This document shows, one piece after another, positions 1 through 10,210 of a DNA stretch of 64,000 nucleotides. The stretch's first letter is position 1. Every line of letters begins with the position of its first letter. The notes under the pieces are model-generated. The model searched no databases. It saw only the letters and a program-made list of their open reading frames with translations, and was not told where the DNA came from. Made by a program: the position numbers and the translations under genes. This DNA is from Candidatus Bathyarchaeum sp. (GTDB lineage: Archaea; Thermoproteota; Bathyarchaeia; Bathyarchaeales; Bathyarchaeaceae), in the NCBI GenBank assembly GCA_020344315.1, contig CP070820.1:237763-301762 (forward strand), read 5' to 3'.

Positions 1-91
1 TACTAGCTAACAAAAGTACAGAATATAGAACTACCAACGCTAATCTTGATTTATTTAGGTGCAACCTAGTTGTATCCCCTCTTTTCACCAT
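1..91 (-). CDS. 5' end of a secreted/membrane protein running off the window (MVKRGDTTRLHLNKSRLALVVLYSVLLLAS...)
   Basis: ATG at 91 on the minus strand, open to the window edge; basic N-terminus then a hydrophobic stretch; directly downstream of the DUF4956 gene. Confidence 0.5.
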   Translation of the reverse strand, partial: MVKRGDTTRLHLNKSRLALVVLYSVLLLAS

Positions 92-131
92 CTAACCTAC
101 CGTCCACACCCAATTGAGGAAACAGCAGCAG

Positions 132-803
132 CTAAGCAACGTCAGCGTTGTAGCTGACAAGCGCTGCGTCCCTTACACCCTTAATCTTCAGCAGATCATC
201 CACTTTCGATGCATCTTTTGCTTTCATTCGAACCTCAAGCATCAGCTCCACTCCAGCAGAGGTTACAGTTCGAGATCTAAGCTTGTTTTTTGGAAGGGCT
301 TCTTGGATAGCTGCTTCAGCTTCAGTTGCATAGTGGATCACCAGCAGATATGGGTCGTTGCTACGTAGGTTTGCTCGGTTCAACACGAACAAAAATAATC
401 CGATTATCGGGGAACCCACTATGGCTACCATGTATAGTCCTGCACCACTGATAATTCCGACTGCGATAGCCCAGAACGTGAACACGATATCGGCTGGGTC
501 TTTGATTGCTGTTCGGAAGCGCACTATGCTTAGGGCACCTACCATTCCTAAGGAGAGAGCGATGTTGGAGCTGATTGGCAAGGTGATGAGTGTTACCACA
601 AGTGAGGTTAGCACTAGCCCAACGTTGAAGTTTCGGGTGTAGATTACTCCTCTAAAGCATTTACGGTACATGTAGAAGATGAACAGGGTCACCATGAAGG
701 AGACAATCAGGCTCAACAATACACGCTCGACTGTGAGTGCTTGGTATGCGTTGGGTGGATTCAAGAAGTCGGACAGCAAATCGTTTAAATCGTTTAAATC
801 CAT
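132..803 (-). CDS. DUF4956 family membrane protein
   Basis: Signature SLGMVGALSIVRFRTAIKDP, several TM helices and a soluble C-terminal domain. Confidence 0.85.
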   Translation of the reverse strand: MDLNDLNDLLSDFLNPPNAYQALTVERVLLSLIVSFMVTLFIFYMYRKCFRGVIYTRNFNVGLVLTSLVVTLITLPISSNIALSLGMVGALSIVRFRTAIKDPADIVFTFWAIAVGIISGAGLYMVAIVGSPIIGLFLFVLNRANLRSNDPYLLVIHYATEAEAAIQEALPKNKLRSRTVTSAGVELMLEVRMKAKDASKVDDLLKIKGVRDAALVSYNADVA

Positions 804-1051
804 TTATCTCATCCAATTGTTGTTTTATATAGTTCTATTTATTAATAGTTTTTCATAAATAGACTATATTTGCATTTAGCCAGTTCGCAGAATACACTAT
901 TCAAAGATGCAGCATAAATGCTGTCCACTGTACATTTCTACATGCGCCTCATTTTTGTCCTTTAATCTCCCTTCATCTTTGATAAATTCAAATCCACAAG
1001 AATTGAATTTTGCAGCTCAAAATATATTCAAGGAAACTATGGTTACTGCGT

Positions 1052-1792
1052 CTAACTGCTCCATTTCAGTTGCCACCAGAGTTTTATCACTTGCCAAGCC
1101 ATGTCGAAAGAATCTTCGATGAGTCTTACTTTCGTTTCATGTCCACTCGTCCATTCCACAGGAATCTCCTTTATCGTGTAGCCTTTGCGAAATGCTCTGA
1201 CAATGAGTTCTGTGTCCCAGAACCAGTGGCTAGCTGCTACTTCGTCAAGTAATTGCATGAGAGGTTCTCGCCTGAAAGCTTTAAACCCGCACTGATGATC
1301 CTTAACTTTAGAGCCTAACATTGCCCGAACCATAAAGTTGTAGATTATTGAAAACAGATGCCTCGTGCGACTTCTTTCAACTCTGCTTTTAGAGAGCATC
1401 CTCGAACCAACAGCCAAATCATATTCTTCCTCTTCAATAGCCTTGACAAGAGATTCCAATTGTCCCACGTTTGTGGCTAAATCCACATCCATGTAAACGA
1501 GGATTTTGCCACTAGCTTTTTTGAAGGCATTTTTTAGGGCTGCTCCTCTTCCAAGCCGTTTTTCTATATGCAGGTGCTTTACGAGTGGGTACCTTTCAGA
1601 AAGCAGGGCTGCAACTTTGTCGGTTCCATCCGTACTACCATCCTCGGCAATTATTATTTCATACGAATGCGCAAATTCCTCGAGGGCTTTCATTACTTTT
1701 GTCACTGCATTCTCTAACGTGTTCGCTTCATTGTAAGCTGGAAGCCCTATTGAAAACTCCACCATATGCCTCTGACTCGTCTCATCTTTCAT
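1052..1792 (-). CDS. GT2 polyprenol-phosphate glycosyltransferase (Dol-P-Man/Glc synthase-like)
   Basis: PAYNE, EDGSTDGT, DVD (DxD) and DHQCGFK motifs; start overlaps the PMT stop. Confidence 0.9.
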   Translation of the reverse strand: MKDETSQRHMVEFSIGLPAYNEANTLENAVTKVMKALEEFAHSYEIIIAEDGSTDGTDKVAALLSERYPLVKHLHIEKRLGRGAALKNAFKKASGKILVYMDVDLATNVGQLESLVKAIEEEEYDLAVGSRMLSKSRVERSRTRHLFSIIYNFMVRAMLGSKVKDHQCGFKAFRREPLMQLLDEVAASHWFWDTELIVRAFRKGYTIKEIPVEWTSGHETKVRLIEDSFDMAWQVIKLWWQLKWSS

Positions 1793-3480
1793 TAATGAAA
1801 CACCCAGCTTTCAAGCCACTTTATACTTTCCATCCACGAGGAAGACACCGGCATCCCAGAGGTGACAGGATAAAAAAGCCCGAAAAGAACCACAACTACT
1901 GCAAAATAGGCTAACGTTGCTGCTTTTCCCCATTTGCTGCTCCAATATTTGTTCAGAAAATACGCTGTAGCCAAACAGAGAAAGGCTACACTAGCATAAA
2001 AGTGGTAGAGCAAGGTGTATCTCGAAATTAATGCGTAAGGCAGCCACTGGGAAAAGAACAAGACCGTGATGAAAATGCAGGCGAAATCCTTTCTTCTTAT
2101 GGCGCGTTCAACAGCCAAGAATACGAACGCGAAACCGACCCACCAAACCGCAGGATTCCCCATAGCCACGATTATCGACACAATATTGCCAGGCAAGTGT
2201 GCTCGATAAAGCAGCACAGGCCTTAGAGTAAAAGGCCAAGTCCACCATCCAGACGCAAAAGGATGAGTAGCTTTCAGCCCTGAATGATAACCAAACATGG
2301 ATCCCTGCAAATTAAACACATTCACCAAGCTGCGCCCTGCAAGCATGTCTGGAATATAGGTCAAGAAGTAAACAAACACAGCCAGCGCTATGAAACAAAA
2401 CAGCAGAAAAAATGGGCGTGCAAAGAACGCGTTAATCTTGGCTGATAATATATCTTTTAGCTTTATAACCTCTCTAAGCCTGAGCACTAGAAGAATGGCT
2501 AGCTGACCTAGGAAACAAAAGAGTACAATCCATTTTGTTGAAATCCCGAACGCGAAGAACAATATTGCCAGAAACAATGGAAGAGCTGGAGCTTTCCATC
2601 CGTTCTTGAGTACGCCTTTAACGTAGATCAAGAAAAAGAGTTGCGATGCTAACGAGAAGAAGGCTACATAAACATCAACAGTTGCCATTCGCCCCATCGC
2701 AAAATTCATGAAATCGAATGTCAATAGAAAAGATGAAGTGAAAGCGCCGATCCACGTTCCAAACAACTCTTTTCCTACGAGATAAATTAAAGCTATCATC
2801 ATCGTGGCGAATACAACGCCCATTATACGCCATCCAAACGGGTTATAGCCAAAAATCAAAATCCCCGATGTAAGGATCAATTTTCCAAGAGGCGGGTGAG
2901 TCCATTCATAAGGGCGCTGAGAGTTCACGTAGTTCTCCGCTGTTCTGACAAAGTATTTTTCATCGAAATGTATTTCCGACATATAAGTTGGGGGACACTG
3001 AACCAAGCTCTGTTCATCAATCAACTTAGACAAGTTTGGGTCAGTAGTTCCTTCACCCATAACCGCATTGATTGCAATTTTCTGGTTATCTAAGCTTAGA
3101 ACCGCCACCTCAGCGACTTCGATAGAAGCCTGCTGGAAGTTAAACCGTATATAGCGGGCGTCTCTGTTGATGTTGAATTTACTCCAACGATAGTAGGCGA
3201 ACGAACCATGGGTCGGAATCTCAAGCTTTCGGGGATAACTCCAGTTTTCAGGAGAGCCAGTGTAAACCGTAACGTTAGCAGAGCCAAATTTAACCAAGAG
3301 GTAAACGCTGTGGACGCTCTCAAATCCGCCGAGGTCAATGTAAAAGCTTCTATCTTCGGTTGCCTGCCAAGTAGTAAGCGGAGTTTTGGTCATTCCCAGA
3401 TTCCATGTTGCGACTGAGAAGAAAACTATAGAAAGCACAATTATCGTCAACAAGTCTCGCTTATCAATCTGCATTTTCAC
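1792..3480 (-). CDS. Dolichyl-phosphate-mannose:protein O-mannosyltransferase-like glycosyltransferase (GT39/PMT)
   Basis: FDEKYF, HPPLGK, FGWR, TKW, HPFASGWWTWP, GNPAVWW and LYHFY motifs; many TM helices. Confidence 0.85.
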   Translation of the reverse strand: MKMQIDKRDLLTIIVLSIVFFSVATWNLGMTKTPLTTWQATEDRSFYIDLGGFESVHSVYLLVKFGSANVTVYTGSPENWSYPRKLEIPTHGSFAYYRWSKFNINRDARYIRFNFQQASIEVAEVAVLSLDNQKIAINAVMGEGTTDPNLSKLIDEQSLVQCPPTYMSEIHFDEKYFVRTAENYVNSQRPYEWTHPPLGKLILTSGILIFGYNPFGWRIMGVVFATMMIALIYLVGKELFGTWIGAFTSSFLLTFDFMNFAMGRMATVDVYVAFFSLASQLFFLIYVKGVLKNGWKAPALPLFLAILFFAFGISTKWIVLFCFLGQLAILLVLRLREVIKLKDILSAKINAFFARPFFLLFCFIALAVFVYFLTYIPDMLAGRSLVNVFNLQGSMFGYHSGLKATHPFASGWWTWPFTLRPVLLYRAHLPGNIVSIIVAMGNPAVWWVGFAFVFLAVERAIRRKDFACIFITVLFFSQWLPYALISRYTLLYHFYASVAFLCLATAYFLNKYWSSKWGKAATLAYFAVVVVLFGLFYPVTSGMPVSSSWMESIKWLESWVFH

Positions 3481-3710
3481 TCAAACCTTCCAACCAGCAT
3501 TCGATAGGGCTTCGACTGGCTTGAACTCGACCCAATTCTTGCCCTCGCAAATCCTTAATCATCAGCGTCAAAGCGTATAGGAATCCCATTAAATTAATCA
3601 AGGTTACTATCCAAACGGAATCGGTGTGTGTCAGCCAAACATGAATAATACCATTTCATAAAAACAATTCTAAAAATTGTAGAGTCAAACACACAATCTT
3701 CTTCTGTTAA

Positions 3711-4088
3711 CTATTCCTTGGGAACCTTGAAGTGAGAACTTTTTCCAGCGCTGATGTACTCTCCACCAACGTTGCGGACAACGGATGCAATTTTAGCGAA
3801 ATTGTCAGAACCTAGGAATCTCCGTGGTCTCACAACGATGTAATTTTCACTCTCTTCAAAAGTTAACATACCCTGAAGTTCTGAAGAAAAGGCTTGCTTA
3901 ACATCTTTAATGCTGCGCATTTTTTCAGTTGCGGAAACAGAGATAGTAGGAGCAGCAGCTGGTCCGCTTACCGCTTTAAGGGACTTGGAAACTTCAGCGA
4001 GGTCCCCCGAGATCACGTTCAAGACACTGAGGAGTTCATCAATTTTTCGGGACAATTCTTCGATGCTTACTTTTTCTTCCCCCATCAA
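3711..4088 (-). CDS. Hypothetical protein (N-terminal coiled coil, small alpha/beta C-terminal domain)
   Basis: 125 aa ORF with plausible composition and an upstream GAGGT RBS. Confidence 0.7.
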   Translation of the reverse strand: MMGEEKVSIEELSRKIDELLSVLNVISGDLAEVSKSLKAVSGPAAAPTISVSATEKMRSIKDVKQAFSSELQGMLTFEESENYIVVRPRRFLGSDNFAKIASVVRNVGGEYISAGKSSHFKVPKE

Positions 4089-4201
4089 TCATTACCTCTG
4101 CACAAAATTATTTTACCATAAGTTACTCATTTGTTTTGTCCCATCCTGTTGTTATCTGGAACATTAATTAAATCTGGGAAGGATTATTCAGTAGAACAGA
4201 A

Positions 4202-5236
4202 ATGTTGGAGATTGACGGCAGCCAGAAGAGCGGCAGCGGAACAATATTACGGTTATCCATCGCCCTCGCAGGTATACTAGAGGAGCCGTTGTACATTTAC
4301 AATATCCGCCATAGACGTCGTCAACCGGGACTGCGCCCCCAGCACTTAGAGTCAGTGAATACAGCGGCGAAGCTCTGTAATGCTGAGATTGAAGGAGCAA
4401 AGCTTGGTTCTCGGGAACTGTGGTTCAAGCCAAGCGGCATTATAAGTGGTGAGGTGCGGGCTGAGATAGGCACTGCAGGAAGCATATCCATGCTGCTCTT
4501 GACAGTTCTGCCCCTCTGCGCCTATGCCAAGGGCGACATTAAAGTTCACGTCGTCAATGGTGGTACAGACGTTCGCTACGCTCCCACCATAAACTACATG
4601 AAATACGTGCTCTTGCCCATCCTTGACCGGATGGGTTTGAAGGCTTCGTTGGCTGTCAAAAAGTATGGTTATTATCCTAAGGGTATGGGCGAAGTCCTCT
4701 TAACTATCGGCTCTATATCTAGGCTTACTTCAATCCGTCTAAAGGAGTTTGGGGGAGTAGAAGAGATTGGAGGCGTTTCTGTCTGTACTTTCTTGGAGGA
4801 TCGAAGGGTGGCGGAGCGGCAAGCTGAAGCAGCTAAGAGTGTTCTTAGAAACAACGGTTACGCGGCAAAGATTCGTGTCATAAATGATAGGTCTAATCCT
4901 CTTCAGAAAGGTAGTTCTCTGGTGTTATGGGCAAAAACAAGCAAGGGCGCACTATTGGGAGGAGACGCTATAGGAGAACTGCGTAAGTCCAGCGAGGTTG
5001 TGGGCAGGGATGCAGCTGAAAGTCTCTTGAGAGAAATTGACGCTGGGGCAACGGGGGATATTCATTTGGCTGATATGCTTGTACCCTACGTTGCATTGGC
5101 AGATGGCACCTCAAGCTATCTAACTCGCGAGATGACGGACCATTTAGACACTAACATCTGGTTGGTTGAAAAGATTTTAGGCGTGAAATTTCAAGTTTCA
5201 AAGGTTAGGAATCTGTATAGAATCGAGAAGAGCTAA
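4202..5236 (+). CDS. rtcA: RNA 3'-terminal phosphate cyclase
   Basis: MLEIDGS..GSG.ILR, PGLRPQH, GGTDV, GYYPKG, HLAD and catalytic HLDTN motifs. Confidence 0.95.
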   Translation: MLEIDGSQKSGSGTILRLSIALAGILEEPLYIYNIRHRRRQPGLRPQHLESVNTAAKLCNAEIEGAKLGSRELWFKPSGIISGEVRAEIGTAGSISMLLLTVLPLCAYAKGDIKVHVVNGGTDVRYAPTINYMKYVLLPILDRMGLKASLAVKKYGYYPKGMGEVLLTIGSISRLTSIRLKEFGGVEEIGGVSVCTFLEDRRVAERQAEAAKSVLRNNGYAAKIRVINDRSNPLQKGSSLVLWAKTSKGALLGGDAIGELRKSSEVVGRDAAESLLREIDAGATGDIHLADMLVPYVALADGTSSYLTREMTDHLDTNIWLVEKILGVKFQVSKVRNLYRIEKS

Positions 5237-5277
5237 AACAGTAAAAAGGATGCAGGAACCTGCGAATGTGTTTCCTA

Positions 5278-5466
5278 TCACTCAGTTCTCATAAGATAAA
5301 TTGATTCATCCAATCCACATGTTCTTCCACAAGATTGCAGAAGTCTGTAATAAGCCCTTTTTGCTCTTGCCCGTCTCTTTCCTTTCAAGTAGAGAATTTC
5401 CTTCTCCATTATTTCTATCTCAATTTTCATTGCCTCTTTTCTTATCTGATCGGACAATCCATGCAC
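5278..5466 (-). CDS. Small basic CxxxC protein, copy 1 of 3 (likely TTG start at MSDQIRKE)
   Basis: Clear paralog of 26702-26911 and 44706-44882 (MEKEILY.KG...KRAY.RLL..CG..C.LD..IYL.R.E). Confidence 0.75.
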   Translation of the reverse strand: MHGLSDQIRKEAMKIEIEIMEKEILYLKGKRRARAKRAYYRLLQSCGRTCGLDESIYLMRTE

Positions 5467-5636
5467 CCCTTGAAAATCAATTAATTACTGGTTTGCTTGT
5501 GAAATATAATTAAGGGTAACGTATACAAAGCAAGACAATGCACGTTCTATTCAGTCACCCGTAGAGTTAACAGAACCGAAAAGAGTAAAGGATATAAGTG
5601 GCTTTTCTTGCTCTGCAATAGTGAGAGGATAGTTTC

Positions 5637-6599
5637 GTGAGTTTATGGAAACTTCGTTTTTCCCTTCTAGGAACATTAGCCCTCATCATCGGCTTATCCA
5701 CCCTCTTCTTCACAGTTATCCTGTCCTTAGCAGGAGTCAGTTTACTACTATTACCCTTCATAGTAATCATCCTAAACATCATCCAGTGGCTCATAGCCCC
5801 CTACCTCATAAACGCCATGTACCGAGCCAAAGAAGTCAAACCGACCGAAGACCCAGCCTTACACGAGATGGTTGAGAGACTCAGCAAAAAGAGCCACATT
5901 AAAAAACCGAAAGTCATGAAAGCCAAAATTCCAATACCTAACGCCTTCGCCTACGGTTCCCCCATCGCCGGAAGCAGAGTTGCAGTAACAACTGGACTTC
6001 TGGAAACCCTTGAGACCGAAGAGGTAGAAGCAGTAATAGGCCATGAGCTGGGTCATCTGAAGCACAGAGACGTCCAAGTTATGATGTTCGTCTCCATCCT
6101 ACCCGCAATCTTCTACTACATCGGTTTCTCAATGATCCTTTCCTCCTCGTTCAGAAGTAGAGATAGCAGAGACAGTGGGGGAGCCGCAATTATCGGCATC
6201 GCAAGCATCGCCATATACTGGGTCCTCACCCTCTTCACCCTGTACCTAAGCCGAATACGCGAATACTTCGCTGACCGCCACAGCGCCTCCATCGTCGAAG
6301 ACGGTCCTCGCAAACTCTCTGAAGGATTAGCCAAGATAGTGAACTCAACCAACAAAGTGAAACGAAAACGCCGCGACGCAAGCGGTTTCAACTCTTTCAA
6401 GGCTCTCTTCATCTCTGACCCCGATCGCGCGGAGTCCGATTCTGCATCCTTGACACAGTTTGGGAGAAGAATGGGAGATCGGGGGCTTGTTGAGGATGTT
6501 CTGCGAAGAAGGGTAACAACTTTCGACAGGGTCATGGAAGTCTTTTCCACTCACCCTAACATAGTGAAACGGTTGAAAGCCCTCCAAAAACTCGATTGA
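5637..6599 (+). CDS. htpX: Zinc metalloprotease HtpX (M48)
   Basis: PNAFAYG, HELGH, SRIREYFAD and STHP motifs with TM helices. Confidence 0.93.
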   Translation: MSLWKLRFSLLGTLALIIGLSTLFFTVILSLAGVSLLLLPFIVIILNIIQWLIAPYLINAMYRAKEVKPTEDPALHEMVERLSKKSHIKKPKVMKAKIPIPNAFAYGSPIAGSRVAVTTGLLETLETEEVEAVIGHELGHLKHRDVQVMMFVSILPAIFYYIGFSMILSSSFRSRDSRDSGGAAIIGIASIAIYWVLTLFTLYLSRIREYFADRHSASIVEDGPRKLSEGLAKIVNSTNKVKRKRRDASGFNSFKALFISDPDRAESDSASLTQFGRRMGDRGLVEDVLRRRVTTFDRVMEVFSTHPNIVKRLKALQKLD

Positions 6600-6705
6600 T
6601 CATCCCCTTTATGCTTAGATTTTCCTCTCTTTTCAACCTTAAGGAGCCCATTCTTCGCAAATTAAATAAGTGAAACATACTAAATGAAGTGGCTGTGGAT
6701 GGAAA

Positions 6706-7164
6706 ATGAGGTTGACCATTCTTAAGAAGAAGAGTTATTATGCTCTAGGTCTTACACTCGCTATTCTTGGAATCATAGTACTGCTTGTCGTGGTTTGGAG
6801 ATGGTGGGCCACGGATGTTTTTTCATCCCCAGACATCATTTCAGCAATAAACTCCAGCTTTGGAAATGAGGATGAACTTTTAGGTTTAGGATTGGGATTA
6901 TCACTCCTTCCCTACACTATAATAGGAATTATATGTCTTGTAGTTGGTTCTGTTATTCTAGTTCTTCGAAGAGAAAGAGTTACTGTGACCGAAGAAGTTA
7001 CCACGCTGCTTGAGTGCCCCCTCTGCAAACATCGATGGGAAGAATCCAAGTCCAGAACACATTTGGAGTCGATAGGCTATCCTACTGTGCGAACCCTCTC
7101 CAGACACAGATGTCCAAAATGCGCCAAATTCATTCGCCCAAAAATTGTGGCAACAAAAAAGTGA
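6706..7164 (+). CDS. Two-TM membrane protein with C-terminal Zn ribbon
   Basis: Two hydrophobic segments followed by CPLC...CPKC. Confidence 0.75.
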   Translation: MRLTILKKKSYYALGLTLAILGIIVLLVVVWRWWATDVFSSPDIISAINSSFGNEDELLGLGLGLSLLPYTIIGIICLVVGSVILVLRRERVTVTEEVTTLLECPLCKHRWEESKSRTHLESIGYPTVRTLSRHRCPKCAKFIRPKIVATKK

Positions 7165-7243
7165 AACCTATCTCAATGACTAAAAAGAAACAAGCATTTT
7201 AACCGCTTAACTTTGTCGGGGTTATCGCCTTATTGAGGATGAA

Positions 7244-7315
7244 GGGGTTTCTGAGGCGTACCACGGGGCGAATTTAAGGAGAAAGACACTGAAAATCCCA
7301 AGCGGCTGATATCGC
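7244..7315. repeat. ~70 bp non-coding repeat, copy A
   Basis: Aligns in direct orientation with 12247-12319; exact 16 nt core GCGTACCACGGGGCGA plus shared GGGTTTC and TGAAAATCCC. Confidence 0.8.
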
Positions 7316-7429
7316 TTTTGGTAATTTTCATCTCTTACCCGTGATGACGCCTTTTCAGTCCCTTGTTTTCCTCTGATGCTTTACTCCCCATAAAAAAAGG
7401 GAGGGAAATTTCTTTGTTTTTTAGTGTTT

Positions 7430-10057
7430 CTATTTGCGAGGTTTGAGCACCGAATATAGTGCGATTATCAGTGCGATGATGACTATCACTAGGATCACTA
7501 TGACGTATGTTGTTAGGCTGCTAATTGACTCTTCAACGTTGCTGACCGAACCCTCTACAGGTTCCAAATTAACTGCTTCTGGTGCTGGACCCACTGTAAC
7601 ATAGGTTGTGGCGCCTGAACTGCCATAAGAGTCGTCTCCCGCAAAAGCGGCAAGGATCTCGTACTTGCCCTCGTCTGGCGGAGTCCACTCATAGCCGAAG
7701 GTGCCATAATATCCGTTAGTTGTTGCTGTGCCAATGTCAGTGTAACCGCCGTCTTCACTCATAGCCGTCAAAGTAACTGGAACACCAGTTATCGTCTCAT
7801 TTTCCCAGATTCCGCCGATTGGTCTCTGCAGATGCAAGTATTCCATTTGTAATGTCATTGAGTCTTTGGATACGCATGGTGTGCCTGGTTGAGCTGGAGA
7901 CATGTCAAGCACTGTGCCTTTTATTGTGATGGCGGTTCCTTTTGGTACTGCAGCGTCAGGGGCTGTAACTGTTGTTTCGCTTTTGCCCTTGCCGAAGACG
8001 TATTGAGATCCGTCCCATGAGTTGGCGGCTGTGAGATATCCATCTGCGACAGCACCAAAAGCCATAGGATTGCCTATTTTCCAGACAAGTTCGCCTGTGA
8101 AGATGTCAATGCAGTGGAGACCCCAACCTCTGGTCATGGGCCAACTAGCAGTGTGCTCAGTATTGTATACGTACATCTTTCCGTCAGCAATCATGGCGCC
8201 GCCGTTGAATGGATAAACTCCTTCACCATCTTCGTTGATGTAGGGAGATTCATACACTGCAAGCGAAGGCGCTTGATAGTGCCATTCTATGGTTCCGTCG
8301 TCCCAGTTAAATGCGTAGACGCCGTCGTAGGCTTGCCGGAAGAACATTCCGTAAGCTGACTCTATAGAGTAAGCTCCGAAGCCAGCCTCTGACCATGGAT
8401 GGTCCATCGTCTCGCTCTTCCATGCCAAGGTCCCATCATCTAGATTGTATGCATAGAAGTAGCCGTTTTGCGTCAGCACCGCGATTTTTCCGTGGTCAGC
8501 GACATAGCACGATCTGCTGTATATCGGTTCGTCAACATTTACATTCCAGAGTATTTCGCCTGTTTCCAGATCGTAACCTTGTAGCTTAAATGCTTCATAT
8601 ACTCGTGTTGGACCATTCCAGCCATAAGCAGCTACAGTAACACCTATGCCTACATTGAAATCGATGTGCGGGTAGGTATGATAACGATATCCCGCTGTAG
8701 CAGAATCCGGATAGGTCGTGCTGACCCAGCTGGACTTGGCATAAGTTGTGTTGCTTATCACCCTGCTGGCAAAGTTGTTGCTGGATCCGGATGTTCTCCA
8801 TTCAATCAAACGGTACTCGCCGCCACCAAGGTTCTGTATTGACTTGACTCGCTGGTTTGTGTAGTAGACGGATGTGCCTGATGACCACGATATTGGTGAA
8901 ATATCGTATTCACTCGCAGCTCCTGTAAGTGGATTGAATTTAAACAGAGTGCTGCCGCTTATCGCCAAAAGCTCTACTGAAAAGGTTGTCTGTGCCTCAG
9001 CGCCGGGCACTGATCCCGCGCCTGGGTCATTATATGAGATGATGTTGGGTGAGACAGCTGTAACCTGTGGTCCAAAAAATCCCATCGTAGTAACTGTCGC
9101 TAGTGGGTATGATTCAAAATACACTTCTCCGGTACGTATGTCGTAGCACTGTAATACCGTCATCGCCGTACCATTCACAACTCTTGTAAGGGCATCGTAG
9201 CATCTTCCAGCATAGACCAGGCTTGGATTACCCGGATTGCTAGTTGTGCCGTAATGATATGCGTATCCTCCTATGATGCCTGCTATGGTTTCTTGTCGTT
9301 TCCATGCTATGTGTGCAGTGTTTGGCCCTTGGACCCATGGGTGGAAGTCATAGATTGGACTCCAGCTTGGATTCGTGTCAGGGTAGAGTTCGTCCCATAC
9401 GGGACCGCCTCCGACATAGCCGGTGCCTGGCCAGCCTCCTAGGATCGGCCACCACTCTCTGTGTTCGAGAGAGGCGGGTCGTTCCCAGTAGTCTGTTGGA
9501 AGCCCCAAGTCAGGCCAAGAATACACAATGTCTTCCTGTACCGTGAGTGATAGTACTTCAGTAGAGCTGGGCTCATAGTACGTTGAGCCAAGCGTGACCG
9601 TTGGTCCTTCACCGAAACCGCCAGGAACGTCTCCTCCAGGGAAGTATGTTCCGTGGAATACAAATTGGAGCGTCCAATCGCCAACTTGGTCGGGTGTGAA
9701 CTCGAACCATGCTGTTGTATCCGCTTCATAAGAATCAATAAAGGTGCTTTCTGCGTTGCCGTCGGGGTCTGTGATAATCACCTCATAATCCGGATGATAT
9801 CGACTTCGATGAGTTGCGGGGTTAAGCCATAGGTTAACCAGTATTGGCTGGTTAACGCCTACGGTGGTAGGTCTAAAGCTAAGAAAGGCTCTTGTAGCTT
9901 CTGTAACCTCAGGAGTAACTCCGGATGGTAGTGGTCCGCTAACTGGTTCATCTACAGCTTGCACTGGCACACTAGTCATTACCATGAAAGCAGAAATCAT
10001 TAAAAGAACTATAGCGATTGTAGCCGTCAATTTAGCTTTGCTTGTTGAATGTTTCAT
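7430..10057 (-). CDS. Large secreted PQQ-like beta-propeller surface protein with C-terminal membrane anchor
   Basis: Signal peptide after an AGGAGA RBS (ATG 10057); repeats such as YDLETGEILWN, YNLDDGTLAWK and IDIFTGELVWK; Ig-like ends; C-terminal TM then KPRK. Confidence 0.85.
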   Translation of the reverse strand: MKHSTSKAKLTATIAIVLLMISAFMVMTSVPVQAVDEPVSGPLPSGVTPEVTEATRAFLSFRPTTVGVNQPILVNLWLNPATHRSRYHPDYEVIITDPDGNAESTFIDSYEADTTAWFEFTPDQVGDWTLQFVFHGTYFPGGDVPGGFGEGPTVTLGSTYYEPSSTEVLSLTVQEDIVYSWPDLGLPTDYWERPASLEHREWWPILGGWPGTGYVGGGPVWDELYPDTNPSWSPIYDFHPWVQGPNTAHIAWKRQETIAGIIGGYAYHYGTTSNPGNPSLVYAGRCYDALTRVVNGTAMTVLQCYDIRTGEVYFESYPLATVTTMGFFGPQVTAVSPNIISYNDPGAGSVPGAEAQTTFSVELLAISGSTLFKFNPLTGAASEYDISPISWSSGTSVYYTNQRVKSIQNLGGGEYRLIEWRTSGSSNNFASRVISNTTYAKSSWVSTTYPDSATAGYRYHTYPHIDFNVGIGVTVAAYGWNGPTRVYEAFKLQGYDLETGEILWNVNVDEPIYSRSCYVADHGKIAVLTQNGYFYAYNLDDGTLAWKSETMDHPWSEAGFGAYSIESAYGMFFRQAYDGVYAFNWDDGTIEWHYQAPSLAVYESPYINEDGEGVYPFNGGAMIADGKMYVYNTEHTASWPMTRGWGLHCIDIFTGELVWKIGNPMAFGAVADGYLTAANSWDGSQYVFGKGKSETTVTAPDAAVPKGTAITIKGTVLDMSPAQPGTPCVSKDSMTLQMEYLHLQRPIGGIWENETITGVPVTLTAMSEDGGYTDIGTATTNGYYGTFGYEWTPPDEGKYEILAAFAGDDSYGSSGATTYVTVGPAPEAVNLEPVEGSVSNVEESISSLTTYVIVILVIVIIALIIALYSVLKPRK

Positions 10058-10210
10058 TTTTTTATCTCCTAATAGACAGAAAACACCTTGATTGGCTTGT
10101 ATATTTAATACTTTCTCCATATTGCATTAACTTTATTGCACAAAATAAAATTCTTATGTGTTTTTAGTTTTAAATGTGCAAAAGATATTTATGGGGTTGA
10201 ATAAATATCG

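Noticed and set aside
778-800. 9 bp tandem repeat (DLN-DLN) at the DUF4956 start
   Set aside because: About 2.5 in-frame copies; a trivial micro-duplication.
7341-7376. C/D box sRNA (GTGATGA...CTGA)
   Set aside because: Only 36 nt from box C to box D with no clear D'/C' pair, which is too short for a typical archaeal guide.
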